DNA of 63,603 nt, the filler included, from Globobulimina sp. (Eukaryota): NCBI GenBank assembly GCA_003354225.1. It is 16 parts of 16 records of this genome, joined end to end, with 100 filler letters (N's around TTAATTAATTAA, not from the genome) between each part and the next. Parts side by side here need not be neighbours in the genome. Positions count along the whole stretch, not along the records: positions 43,809 to 47,688 come from PIVH01001945.1; positions 47,789 to 51,668 come from PIVH01001946.1; positions 51,769 to 55,647 come from PIVH01001947.1; positions 55,748 to 59,625 come from PIVH01001948.1; positions 59,726 to 63,603 come from PIVH01001949.1; 11 more parts are not named here. One strand, 5' to 3'. The position numbers and the translations under genes were made by a program. Shown in pieces: positions 47,269 through 59,949 of this stretch (position 1 is the stretch's first letter; every line of letters begins with the position of its first letter). The notes under the pieces are model-generated. The model was not told the origin of the DNA. It ran no database searches and saw only the letters and a program-made list of their open reading frames with translations.

Positions 47269-47794
47269 GTTTAATAATCAGGGATTACACAGACATAAAT
47301 TAAAACTTAGGTTGAGTTTTTCAAGATTTCAATAACTATTCCAATTTCTACAATTATTCAGAATCCAAATAGATAAACCCTTTCGAAAATCGTAATATGT
47401 AGGACATACACAAATGACACAATTATTTATCAGAAAAAAAGTTTATTTAAACTTCTTCATATTGTTACATAAAGTAATTCACTACGTAGTGTTGATAGGT
47501 GGAAAAAACACCCATTTGACACGTGTGTGTGAAAAATCCATGAAAAAAGAGAAAAATCCATCAACATATGAAAAATCCATCAAAAATTCTGATAATTTCG
47601 AAAAAAGCTTGTTTTATTCGAGATAAATATTCTGACTTCGTACTTTCTGTTTCAAAATCATAATTCATGGTATTGAAAAATCTTTCTANNNNNNNNNNNN
47701 NNNNNNNNNNNNNNNNNNNNNNNNNNNNNNNNTTAATTAATTAANNNNNNNNNNNNNNNNNNNNNNNNNNNNNNNNNNNNNNNNNNNNTAATAA

Positions 47795-48636
47795 TCCTAT
47801 GCATTCGTAGTATTCACTGTTGCTGCTTATTCCCAATGTGATATCAGTATTACGCAATCACCAGCAACACCAATTCCTGACAATGACCCAGACGGAATCC
47901 AAGACGATATAACAACATCAGCGCAACCATCGGGCTGTTTTGTTGATTCCCTGAGTATTACACTCAATGTTACCCATCAATATGTGGTTGATTTACATTT
48001 TAGTTTAAATGGTTTTGAATTTTTTGCGAATCAATGTGGTGTTCAGGTTGACTTATATGTCACAGTCACAGGTATATAGGTTGTTTCTTATTTATTATTT
48101 GTTATTTGTACATACAAATAAAAATAAAAGATTCAAGCGCCACACCCTATGGCTGTCCAAACGGAGCAGATATTCAACCAATTTCTCCTTTTGCTGATGA
48201 ATTTGGTGGAGAATTATTGGATGTTGAGACTATTTGGACACTCTCAGTTATCGATGAATATTATCTGGCTTATGGATCATTAGAAAGTTGGACACTATGC
48301 ATTACCACTCACTGTCCCACGACAACAGCAATTCCCATATCCACCGCAACAACAATGGCCATACCAACCACAACAACAATGGCCATATCATCAGATTCGT
48401 CACCAGACAGTGCAGACAGTGATGATTCGTCGGACGATGCGAATAACGCATTGTTTGCTGGCAATGAGGCGATGGATAATAATAACAATGAATTGCCAGA
48501 ATATGGCACATATTCATTAACTTTACATTTTAGTGATTTTGCTTTGGTAAATATTTGGTTCTTAATGTGTGTGATTTGTGTGGTTAATGTCATTGTTTGT
48601 TGTGTTTATCATAAAAAGAAGACAAATTGTTATTAA
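47795..48636 (+). CDS. Proprotein-convertase P-domain type-I membrane protein, copy 1; intron 48072-48130; 5' end damaged or truncated
   Basis: IPDND, ITLNVTHQYVVDL, WTLSVID...GSLESWTLCI, a Thr/Ser stalk and a C-terminal TM. Confidence 0.72.
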
Positions 48637-49440
48637 TTGAATTATTTTTTTTTCTTATTATTTCTATTAATTTCTTATTTTTTTTTCTGTGTTAAATTGT
48701 CATTTAAAAACATTTAATTCAACATTTAACTTTTTTACGTTTTAAATAAGTTTTGCACGCCACCACTCTCTGGCACTTTGCATCAAATTCCAATACAAGG
48801 TCACTGCCCTATTCTTGCCATAATATCTATTTTGCTTTCTTGCGTCTCTTTGTACATTCCGTATATCCGTATAATAATCGACATAAAATCATACAAAGAT
48901 ACAACACAAAGTACCTCCTTTCATTTCATTTGCGTGCACTGCCTTTCATCTGACAACGGCTCTGATAAAGTTTGCAAAGTGTTTCTATTTTGTAAGTTAT
49001 ATACGGTTTGACAGTGTCGTCGGAATTCGAAGTCTCTGCATTTTTCATTTGAAGCTGTGGCCATATAAATATTCCACATTGTCCATTCAGTAAAAGCAGG
49101 CAGTTTGTAATCGGAGGCCAAGACCAAAAATGTCAGTTAGAGCATCCGTGGAAAGTGCAATATTGCCATTAATTGGTGGAAGAAACGTTGATGCCATTAA
49201 TCAAATATTCGACATGATAGCCATCCAATGTTCCGTTTTGATTTAGCCATTGCTTTGAAATTGAAACGCATTGAGAGACATATATCGATATTGTCAGCGA
49301 GTGGATAATTTTAAGACTGAGTTTGTGATTCCGCAGTCGTATATATTTACATATTATTACTCGAATCATATTCCAATCCCAAAGACAATGAAAGTGAAAA
49401 ATCAAATCCTGTGATTCTGACTGTAAATAACATATTATCC

Positions 49441-51239
49441 ATGGTCTTGCAAGCTATTAAAATGAAAAAACCCGCAGTATACTCAAAAACCTACTTTTTC
49501 CAATTAAAGCATCGATCCTTTCGACGTCAAATGAGTTCTATACAATCTCCAATTCCTTTTGACACCCATCCATCACCGCAATCACTGGATAACCTCAACA
49601 CCGATTCAAACGAATCCGAAAAGGATGAAATCTGCATGATTTGCAAAGAATGGTGTCACAATTGTCAAGATTTGGAGTTTAATTTTATTTCTTGCAAAAG
49701 CTGCGCCCACTCGTACCATAAGCAGTGCATTCCCATCATTTACCATACGCAGGATCCGGACGAGTCGTACAATTGCAATGAAATGAAAAATAAAAACACT
49801 AACCAGCCATTGACGTGTTGTGCCGATAGGAAACCATTCCTGTTGTACGAGATCAGCGGCAACGAATTTGATAAAACAAATTATATTTATAACTCAAACG
49901 GCATCCAAGTTGCTTACAATCCAAATTGCGACGCTATTAAACACCAATTATTCTTACACAAAAACAATAATAATCGTTCCAATCAGTTGAGTTGCTTCAT
50001 TTCGCCTGTTTTTGCCATCGGAAATCAACAAAATCCATCTCAAATTTAGAATTTTTTCCAAACGCAAATGCAGTGCGCTGACCTATAAAGGCATCGATTA
50101 CCAAATCGGCGATTCCATAGAGATCCAATCCGAAAACAGACAGCCATTCCATACCAAGGTATAACTGCTTTTTTTTGCTTGTTTTCAGTCTGAAACTGAT
50201 ATGTTTTGACGTAGGTGGCCATTATAAAGGAAATCCACGTGTACGAAGAAGAAATTTTGCCGCGGTTTTCAATCTTTTGGTATTGGCGCGAGAGGGAAAT
50301 CAAAAATAATTTATATAACATGTACGGTGGCACTATAAAATTATTGCAAATCCCAAACAAATCAACGACAGATTCAGAGCGAAAGTGCATAGACAATCAC
50401 TTGTATTTAGACATAGAAAACGAAGAATTAATCTCAATATCGTCTGTTTTGCATCGTATTATAATCAGTGACGATTTTGACAATTTTTCCGAAATTAAAG
50501 ACTTGAAATTTAAACAATTTGGCAACGTGTTTTATTGCAATTGTTCCTTTACAATGGAAAACTACACAAAATATCAGAGCTCGCCCTTTGAACGTATAAA
50601 TATGGAACGATTCAAAGACAAATTGATTGAAATCAGCACCAATTTATCCAAGAACTATCGCGCAAAAACAAAAAATAAGCACCAAACTACACACAAAAAA
50701 CCCAAAAATAAACAGAAAAGCATCGACAAAGTGGAACAATATTTGCGTTTCTTTGCCAACACATACGAAGGTAATGATATTTTTGTCAGTTTGCAACTGC
50801 TTTTTGTCAGTTTGAAACTAATTTGTTTGTATACCCAGGCAATGACGAATGTGTTTGTATGGACCACAATGTCCCATTCAGCATCGAGGAGAAACACAGC
50901 GGCAAACTCGAGAAAAAACTGCCGCTGCCAAAGGGGAACAAGCTGGTTATGGAGGAGATTGACACTGTGCCACAATCCTTCTTTGCAGCGCCTAGCCACA
51001 AAAAGAAGAAACGCAAAGTGATGAAAAAGGACATTTTAGCCAAGAATAAGAAAGTAATCAATGTGTGCGATCAGGACACGATGCGGGATATTTGCGACAA
51101 ATTGGGACTCATCAATGGCATCAAAATCGATATCAATTTGTATGGATATAAAACGCATTTGGATGATAAGCTCATTTGGATGATAAGCTGGAAATTGATA
51201 AAAATTGAAACAACAATTTTATTTGACATCGCAGGATAA
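49441..51239 (+). CDS. PHD + BAH chromatin-reader protein; frameshift about 49990-50049; introns 50159-50214 and 50771-50838
   Basis: PHD: CMIC...ISCKSCAHSYHKQC...YNC. BAH: LTYKGIDYQIGDSIEI...VAIIKEI...IFWYWR...HLYL...ISISSV...FYCNCSF. Confidence 0.7.
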
Positions 51240-51373
51240 TAATAACGCAATGCAATACGATCAGAGAATTGTCATTTATATTCAATCTGTATTCACTGTT
51301 TACAGACACTTTCATTTGCCATAAAAAAAACTTCGACTTTTTCACTAACCAAACAATCCCTTCTCACTCGATC

Positions 51374-51668
51374 ATGATTTTTATCTTGTATGCATTGGTA
51401 TTATTCACTGTTGCTGCTTATTCCCAATGTCATATCAGTATCACGCAATCACCAAGAATACTAATTCCTGACATTGACCCAGCCGGAATCCAAGACGATA
51501 TAACAACATCAGCGCAACCATCGGGCTGTTTTGTTGATTCCCTGAGTATTACACTCAATGTTACCCATCAATATGTGGGTGATTTACATTTTAGTTTAAA
51601 TGGTTTTGAATTTTTTGCGAATCAATGTGGTGATCAGAATGACTTATATGTCACAGTGACAGGTATAT
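51374..51668 (+). CDS. Proprotein-convertase P-domain protein, copy 2 (signal peptide, 3'-truncated)
   Basis: MIFILYALVLFTVAAYS-QC and THQYVGDL. Near-identical DNA to 47798-48078, with the same GTATAT donor. Confidence 0.78.
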
Positions 51669-51768
51669 NNNNNNNNNNNNNNNNNNNNNNNNNNNNNNNN
51701 NNNNNNNNNNNNTTAATTAATTAANNNNNNNNNNNNNNNNNNNNNNNNNNNNNNNNNNNNNNNNNNNN

Positions 51769-54030
51769 AACATTCCATTTTCTTTTAAAGTTTCATAAAT
51801 CGAATCACCAAAATGATACACTGTACCATTTGCACAGGCTTTTAACACCAAAATGTATGATATTTGATCGGCTGTAATGCCATTCCTCGAATTAAACAAA
51901 TTGACACATTCCATATTCATCTCACAGTGACAATAAACTTCCATCAACGCATTTATCGCACAAATATTCATTTCTTTCTGTGGAATATTATTAAATATAT
52001 TCAATACATCATTCATTCGCTTCCCATCACAATATTTACCATAAAAATTAATCAATGATGCTTTTAGTGGAATATCTGCCACATTCAAGTCAATTTTATC
52101 ACAAATCTCTTCACATTTTGCATATTCTTGCAACTTAAGACAGGCTGTTATCACAATTGTATATGAATAATTATCACAAATATTAAAATATAAATCATAT
52201 AATTCCAATGCCCTGTTCTCAGTCTTTCCATTCACAAAATAATTCATCATAACATTTATAATATGCACATTTATATTGACATTATTTTGTTTAAAGGAAT
52301 CAAATAATTTCTCCACACATTCACCACTGATTTGTGATGCAATTTGCATTGCTAAACTTTTACAAATATTATCTTTCTCAATATGGCGTGGCATACTTTC
52401 ATATATTTGTAATGCTTTCTGACATTCATTATTGTCCATATACACACACATCATGCTGCAGATGGTTACGATATCTTTTTTAAACTCATTGATGACATTA
52501 AAGATTTCCACTGCTTTCTCCGTCTCATTACAACTGCCATAGAAATTAATTAACGCATTATTCAAATAAATATTATCATTTTCATTTGCATTCAAACCAT
52601 TATTATTAATGATTGCTTCTCCTTTCTTCAAATCTTTCATATTTCCACAGGCTTTGATGGCTAACAAATGGCAGTGATCATCTTTTGTAATTCCTTCATT
52701 TCCATCTATTCCATCATATATTTGCATTGCTTTCTCGCTTAAACCATTTTTAATCAACAATTTCATCACAGAGGTCACAGTAATTATATCTTTCCGATTT
52801 CCCATTGAATTAAATATTGACAGTCCGGTATTTATATCATTACATTCCACACAAAAATTAATTAATTGGTTGTAAACTGATATATATTTTATGTCTTTCA
52901 TCAACATTATATTTGAAACAATTTCTTTTCCATTTTCATAATCATTTTTATTTTTGCATGCTTTAAGTGCCAATAAATCCATTTTCAAATTCTTGCGATG
53001 TTTAAATTTATTATATATATTCAAAGCATTTGCATTCATATCCAATGAAATATAGATATTCATCATACATAGAACATCATTCACATTTGCTTTGTTTAGT
53101 AAATAATACACATTTTCTGCATTTGAAATATCTCTAAAATATGCATAAAAATCAAGGATTGAACTTTGAAGCGAACGGGATGCGTTTTTAATATTTATTG
53201 CATTGATAATATTCATTCCGTTTGCAAAATCATCCATTTTTAAACATGATTTTATGGCTAATGAATGGGTCAAAGTGTTACCAGTACGCTCCACAGCTAT
53301 GCCATCATATAATTGCATTGCCTTTACATAAAAGCCATTATTTACATATATTTTCATCATGGCATTAATGCATTGAATATCTTTTGTGCTGTCAAACGAA
53401 TTGAATATTTTCAATGCATTATTAATATCACCAAAATTGGCAAATGTGGTCAACAGATTGTGCTTAATTATTATATTATTTTTAATATCGCCCAGAAAGA
53501 AATCATTTTTAATCAAATTATTAATGTATTTCAAATCATTACAATCCTCACATTTTGACACTAATTTATTGACGACGGACCAATGATATTTTAATGTGGA
53601 AATATGTAGTTTGTCTTGCATTGTTCCGAGTATTTCAATGCATTCATTAATTCCGATCTTATTACATTGAATACAACATTTTAAATACAATGAATAAATA
53701 CAAACAGATTGGTTATCATCGCTTATTTTTATCAGTAACACGTTTTGTGGACATTTAAAGTGTAAACATAATCTAAGCATCGATTCAATTACATTATGAC
53801 TTGCTGCCTCATTCAAATTATTATAAATTTCAAATGCATCTTTTATTGAATATCTTTCATTTTTGTGTAACTTTTGTAATAAATCATTTGCTTTGATATT
53901 GTTAAATGTTGTAAATCTTTTGAAAATATGTTGTTCTGATTTTGTATTAAAACAAATGCACTCGTTTCTGGTGAGAAAGTTCTGGAAATAAACTAAACTT
54001 TTAACATACGATAAATTATTCTTCTCTCAT
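51769..54030 (-). CDS. Pentatricopeptide-repeat protein, 3'-truncated; start uncertain
   Basis: More than 12 PPR-like units (e.g. YLNNALINFYGSCNETEKAVEIFN, ADQISYILVLKACAN). Frame is open upstream of 53816 to 54026. Confidence 0.9.
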
Positions 54031-54136
54031 GAATTATATTTATATTGACATGGAAATGCCATTTTAATCGAGTACAAACAAAAGTTGTCATTTTGAGTCA
54101 AAAGTAAAAAAAACTTACTTCATTAAATAATTTACA

Positions 54137-55647
54137 ATGGCTTCGTTTGGAGATGTCATTTGTTTGAACGATTCTCGTATTGGCACTATTCGATTCATTG
54201 GAGGAACTGCATTCAAAAATAATGTCATATCTTACGGTGTTTTTTTGAGGAAAGCTACGGGAAACAATGATGGCACAGATATATTCAATCGACGCTACTT
54301 CCGCTGTCCTAAAAAACATGGACTATTTATATTAGACCAAGACATCAAACAAATAATTAAAAAACAAACCGTTTCTGGTGCTTTTGCCTACAATCAACCT
54401 GTAAAGGTATTAAATATTGGTGCAGGTAAAATAAAATATATTGGATTTACAAAATTTGGCAGCAACTATTGGTACGGTGTTGAACTACAAACTAGTTTTA
54501 ATAGCAACGCACATTCAGAATCAGACGCATCTCATTATTATTTAAAACCAAATGAAACCAATATATATTTTGATGCTGATCCCCTGGAATCAGTTTTTGT
54601 TCGATCCAACCAATTACAATCCATTGCAATGCACAGTATTTCTGCATTCCCCACGCCGGCAAACAGAACGCGTACATGTTCTGTGTATGATACATATTCC
54701 GTCACATTCAAATCAAAACCGTTTGGTTTGACATTTGGAGCAAATAAAAACGATAAATTGAACTTATTCGTTGTCAGCATCGGCAAAAACAGTGTTGCTG
54801 AGAAACACAATGTGATGCTCGGAAGTGAGCTCATTAAACTTCAAAATGAAATTGTCGAAAATCTGGGCTCTAAACAAATATATAAAATATATACGGATAA
54901 GTACAGCAAACAGTTGCCGTTAAAAATTACATTCGCTAAACCAAGACAGCTCAATTTTGATGATGAGAAAAGTGAGCAATATATAGATAACACAATAATG
55001 GCTATGATGAATTCGTTGAAATTGCCAAAAAAAGCAAGGAAATCTATATTGAGTAAAGATGCAGCACAGAAACTATTGTTACTTAAACAGTGGTTCATTA
55101 CGCCATATCGCCCGGTATTGCGTCAGTCGAACAGTGAACCAATCACTCCATCGACGTCAGACTCGCATCCATTGACTCCCTCTACGCAAAACACTGTGGC
55201 ATCGCGGAAATATTCCTTCCCGGACACTGCTACAAATATAGAAATAGAAACGATTAGAAACAGAAATAAATGCAACAGATCGAAGAGGCCAAACAAAAAA
55301 GCAAAAAAAAATAAACACGCAAAATCTCTGCAGAAAAACAAAAAAAATATTAAAGTAAAAAGAAAGAGTAAACTTAACAATAAAACAAAATGTAGAAAAA
55401 AGGATAAATTTAATGTACATCACAAAAAATGTACAGCAAAAAAAGTACATCACAAAAAATGTACGTTGGCACAAAAGAACCACTTAAAACAAACAAAAGC
55501 GAAAAACAAACGTTTGTCGTTACAGCAAGCATCGTCAAATCGTAATTGTTTAAAACAGAGCAAAGCGAAAATTCGATCCAAATCGAATGTGGCAACCACC
55601 AAAAGTGGAAAACAAAAAAATAATTCAAATGGAAGGAAAAAGAAAAA
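54137..55647 (+). CDS. Tandem CAP-Gly + PDZ-like + formin-GBD-like protein with Lys-rich tail, 3'-truncated
   Basis: GTIRFIGGTAF...YGVFL...GNNDG...RYFRCPKKHGLF; second repeat GKIKYIG...WYGVEL; KPFGLTF...VAEKHNVMLGSEL; MMNSLKLP..AR..IL.....KLLLLKQ. Confidence 0.8.
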
Positions 55648-55747
55648 NNNNNNNNNNNNNNNNNNNNNNNNNNNNNNNNNNNNNNNNNNNNTTAATTAAT
55701 TAANNNNNNNNNNNNNNNNNNNNNNNNNNNNNNNNNNNNNNNNNNNN

Positions 55748-57319
55748 CACTGTCTGATTTGTATCAGCATGGGAACCAAAACAATGCCGCAAAGATATCA
55801 GCTGGGTGTCAGACACAATATGACTATTATTGTTTGTATACAATAACTGACAATTATACTGAATATAAATACCAAATCTCTGCATAGTGGCACCATGCTC
55901 ATCATGCATAGTGGACGGATAATCTTTCCTTCTCGGCTCAAAATTTTCTAAAATGGCCTTAAATCCAGTTTTTTCACATAACTTTTTGGCTCTGTCAATA
56001 CTTTGTGCGATGCCATCCGTTGTATAGGCTAACACCTCTCGGCGAAGTGCTTTATTTATAGTATTGCCTTTGGTGTTGGGTTTAACTGAAATATCTGAGA
56101 ACATTCGTCGAATGATGCCGTTTGATTGACTTTGCCCCGACTCTTCAGTCACTGTTTTAGCTCGGTATAAATTCACCGGTCGTTCAGGCACTAATACTTG
56201 TTTTAAATCAGGCCTTGCCATGATCGTCGACCTCTGTTTCTGTTTTGTTTTTTTCCGTTGGCGGTCCTGCAATTCTTCCAACTCAACGTCTTCAGCAATT
56301 GTCTCTAATTCGGCCATTTTGCGCATCTGATCTTCCTTCATTTGCTTGGTTTTGCGCTTTCTAAATTTCCTGAAAACAATAACATGTCAGTGATATGAAA
56401 ACGTGTTTGTGTTTTTGTCACAACGTTTGCATAGAACAACACACCGACAATACCATAGCGTAAAATCATTGATACCCAGACAGCCCAATAGCAGCGCAAA
56501 CGTGACATGGAAGTTATTATTTGTTCTAAATTCCTGCTCTGGATCAGCAGCGGTCCGGTCTTGATTCCATATGCAAAAATAACATATGCCCAACGGTATG
56601 AAATATAATGTAAATCCAACAGAGTAAGAAAATGAATCTTGAACACTTCTCATTCGAATGGCAAATGTGTCCGGTAAACCTTTCCGCAATCTCAGAAATG
56701 CATAGATATTGACAGCAAAAGCGGCAGCTACGATCAGTAGTATTGGACCAAAGATAAAGGCTAAGTTGATTGGATTGACACCTTTCTCTGAAACGGGCGT
56801 TACCCAACAAAATTGGATGTCGGGGCGATAGGCAAATGAGCGTTTGTGCGGATTGAGCGCAAACCTGATGATTATTGTAATGGTAAAGCATAAAATAATG
56901 ACAGCTGCATGCATTTTATTGGTCAATTTATGTGGGGACGAAAAGGGATTCGATATTGATATGTATAAATCTGCGATAGATGCAGCGAAATAGCCGTTGG
57001 AACATAAAAACAAAAACATCATTAATGGACCTATTCGATTACAGGCGAGGTGGTCGCAGGTTAGGTGGTCGATAGGAGTGAAATACAAAGACACAAATAA
57101 TATTCCAAATAGCAAATCGAATACACAACGCATAAATATTAAAATTGATGGATGTTGGCGTAGATTACCGTCGCATAAATAGGAAAATATCACAAATGAT
57201 GATCCGATGATTGTGCATAGTGCTCCGGCGAGATAATAGATATGGAGGTTGATGCAAGCATGTGTGTACTCGCCATATGGGCCACAATCGAGACACAGAT
57301 CCGGTGGGATGCCACTCAT
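55748..57319 (-). CDS. cAMP-receptor-like GPCR with LR(x)9GI linker, probable GPCR-PIP kinase, 3'-truncated; intron 56370-56453
   Basis: 7 TMs with GSSFVIFSY, LRQHPSILIFMRCVFDL, DLYISISNPF, FCWV and RLRKGLPDTFAIR. After splicing the frame reaches NKALRREVLAYTTDGI. Confidence 0.8.
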
Positions 57320-57917
57320 TATTGACGTAGTAAGTACTATAGTTTTTAAACGAGCAATCATAAAAAGCAACATCGGATTTAGAGTCTTTTGCAGTTGATC
57401 GATCAGCATGACATGGTTCGGAACTCATCGTTAAATGAGATCATAATAATTGTATTTATTTAACAATTTTTTTCAACATTTCAGTATCTAACATAGTAGA
57501 ACATCAAATGTGAAATAAATATTATATGAACAGAGAAAAAAACTAAACATATATTGCTTTTTATTTTTTTTAATGAAAGATATAAGAAAAAACACTGAAT
57601 GAAAACAAGAAAAATTTCAATAAAAAAAAACGGAATTTTTATTCCAACACATAAACACACATTGGGTTGCACTCTAAAACAAAAAAAAGAAACACAAACA
57701 CCATAAAAACAAAAAAAAAAGTGAATGATTCAAATGAAAAAAATAAACATTTCCATATTTGTTAAATTTGTAAAAATTGAAAAATAAAAGTTACAATTTT
57801 GATATTTGTCTAAAAAATATATTTAAAAATTAATATACAGATGTGTCATATACTATTTTTTATCGTTTTTTATTTTTTATCTATTGATTAAAACACATAA
57901 TTTATTATCGTTTACGT

Positions 57918-58463
57918 TTAGCAACATCCGGGAGTGGCTGATATATCTTGTTTAGCCACGTTTGGCATTGGATTATTATTTTTAGCACACATAATTTTAT
58001 TATTTAAGTCATGATTCGTATGAATAAATATTTCATTCGAATCAGCAATGCCCATTAAAGTGATGGAGCCAGTTTGAATCAAAGAAGGTTCACTATCTGT
58101 ATTGGTGAGACTTTCTTCACTCTCATTATTATTTAACAGATTCATATCCTCATTTTTGGCCAAACCCATCAATGTGACACAGCCATTTGGGTTTTTAATA
58201 ATATCCGTGGACGAACTGACACTTATTTCACGTGAATGTGTGCTCGTTGATATTTCTCCACTTTGTGAGTGTGAATTGCTTTGTGATAGTTCTTCATATT
58301 TGGTTTTTTTAATTGTGTTTTGTATCTGTTTATATCTATCATCGTCAATAATAATTCGTAATTGATCGTTAAATGTTACACTTCGTTTTAACATTAGTTC
58401 TGTTTGAGATTTTATCCCATTGTTATTTAATCGTTTTGGTTGGGTGGAAGTTATACATCCCAT
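57918..58463 (-). CDS. Small Ser-rich protein with MGC N-terminus and CC C-terminus
   Basis: MGCITST...TPGCC*; RSVTF resembles a PP1-docking RVxF motif. Confidence 0.6.
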   Translation of the reverse strand: MGCITSTQPKRLNNNGIKSQTELMLKRSVTFNDQLRIIIDDDRYKQIQNTIKKTKYEELSQSNSHSQSGEISTSTHSREISVSSSTDIIKNPNGCVTLMGLAKNEDMNLLNNNESEESLTNTDSEPSLIQTGSITLMGIADSNEIFIHTNHDLNNKIMCAKNNNPMPNVAKQDISATPGCC

Positions 58464-58559
58464 CTTTTTTGGTGCTCTTCCTACGGACCAAGCAAAGAAC
58501 GAATGGTCTGACCTAACAAAATGTTGCTGTAATGGAAGTTTTTTAAAACTCTCAGTTGA

Positions 58560-59403
58560 ATGGATTTCTTCAGGTTGTTTGATTCAGAACGCAACAACAC
58601 AGACTCAGAGGAAAGCAGCACTGACCATGACTCTTCAGAGGAAGAAGAGATTAATGGTTTTCATGAATGGAAAACGAGAGTGGATCAAGCATCGCAAACA
58701 ATAAATAAAGAATTACAAACACATCTTGATAATTTGAAAAGATTGGGTCACCGACAACTTATAAAGCATTTGGTATTTGGTTACATCACAGATATTAACA
58801 AGCGATGGTTATTACGGATGCCATTCAATATCAGCAAATTATGTTTCTTATTTTTTTTCTATGATTTTGAAGTTCGACCTTTTAAAGAATATGATAAAAA
58901 TTCTCCTGAATTACCATCTTCGCCGTGGTATATATTTCGAGATCAACGACGGAGAGAAATAAAAGCATCCCAAGAATGGGCGGATATGAGCCATTATGAA
59001 CAACGACATATTGATGATCGGATTGTGAAAGAATGGTTTGATTTGAGCCAAAAACAAAATAAGATATATCATACATCATATCGACTGCAAATAGTAACAT
59101 ATAAATCAGATCTTTGTGGATATCAAAGGACTGCGACATATCGGGTATTTAAACGAGAATTGGCAGAATGGAGGCAATGGCATGCAGGTATTACATATAT
59201 CTGATTGTTGTGATGAATATACTCGAAATCTTTTGTAAAAAGGAAAATTGTGTCGTGACATGATAAGACGTCGCGAGGAGGAGGAAATTGCAAAGCAAGA
59301 TCCAAATTGGAAAGCAAAACAATTGCAACGGTTACAAAAGTCAATACAAATGCGTAGAGATGCAACGAATAGATTTTTAAATAAAAAAGAAAATCCGAAA
59401 TAG
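58560..59403 (+). CDS. HMG-box protein; intron 59188-59242
   Basis: PELPSSPWYIFRDQRRREIK...IVKEWFDLSQKQNKIY...YKSDL..YQRT. Splicing extends the frame to TAG at 59403. Confidence 0.72.
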
Positions 59404-59949
59404 AAACTTAACCTTAAAAACATTAACATTTAATCTTAACGATACATTTGATTCAATTATCTGAGAAATGCTTTGCAAATCCAGAAACGGTTTGATATAG
59501 GTTTGTCTTGGGTTTGTTCTGTATTTGTTATAACTTTGTCTTCAATGAGTAATCCCATGACTGCATGTTTGTGTATGTTTGATTTTAACTTGAGATGGGC
59601 AACGTTTCTGTACAAGCTCAAAAACNNNNNNNNNNNNNNNNNNNNNNNNNNNNNNNNNNNNNNNNNNNNTTAATTAATTAANNNNNNNNNNNNNNNNNNN
59701 NNNNNNNNNNNNNNNNNNNNNNNNNGAGTCGCTGAACTTGACTGTTAAAACTGGTTCCTTTGAAAACGCGACATCTTTTGTGGTCTTACATCTTTTGTGG
59801 TCTTTTCAAACGGACACAATTTTGGGACTCAAAAGAAGTTTTCAGTTCAAAGTGATAACTAGATATTTTATCATTCAGTCATTGATCAAGGGTTTATTTC
59901 ATTTATTTTGCAATGGGCGATCTGATTATCAAAAAGGGTGGATGCAAAG

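Noticed and set aside
48753-49405. Minus-strand ORF fragments as a transposase
   Set aside because: No DDE or other catalytic motif could be identified by eye.
3886-59725. Regularly spaced TTAATTAATTAA repeats about every 3.98 kb
   Set aside because: They are artificial six-frame-stop linkers inside N runs. Cross-contig gene neighbourhoods were disregarded for the same reason.
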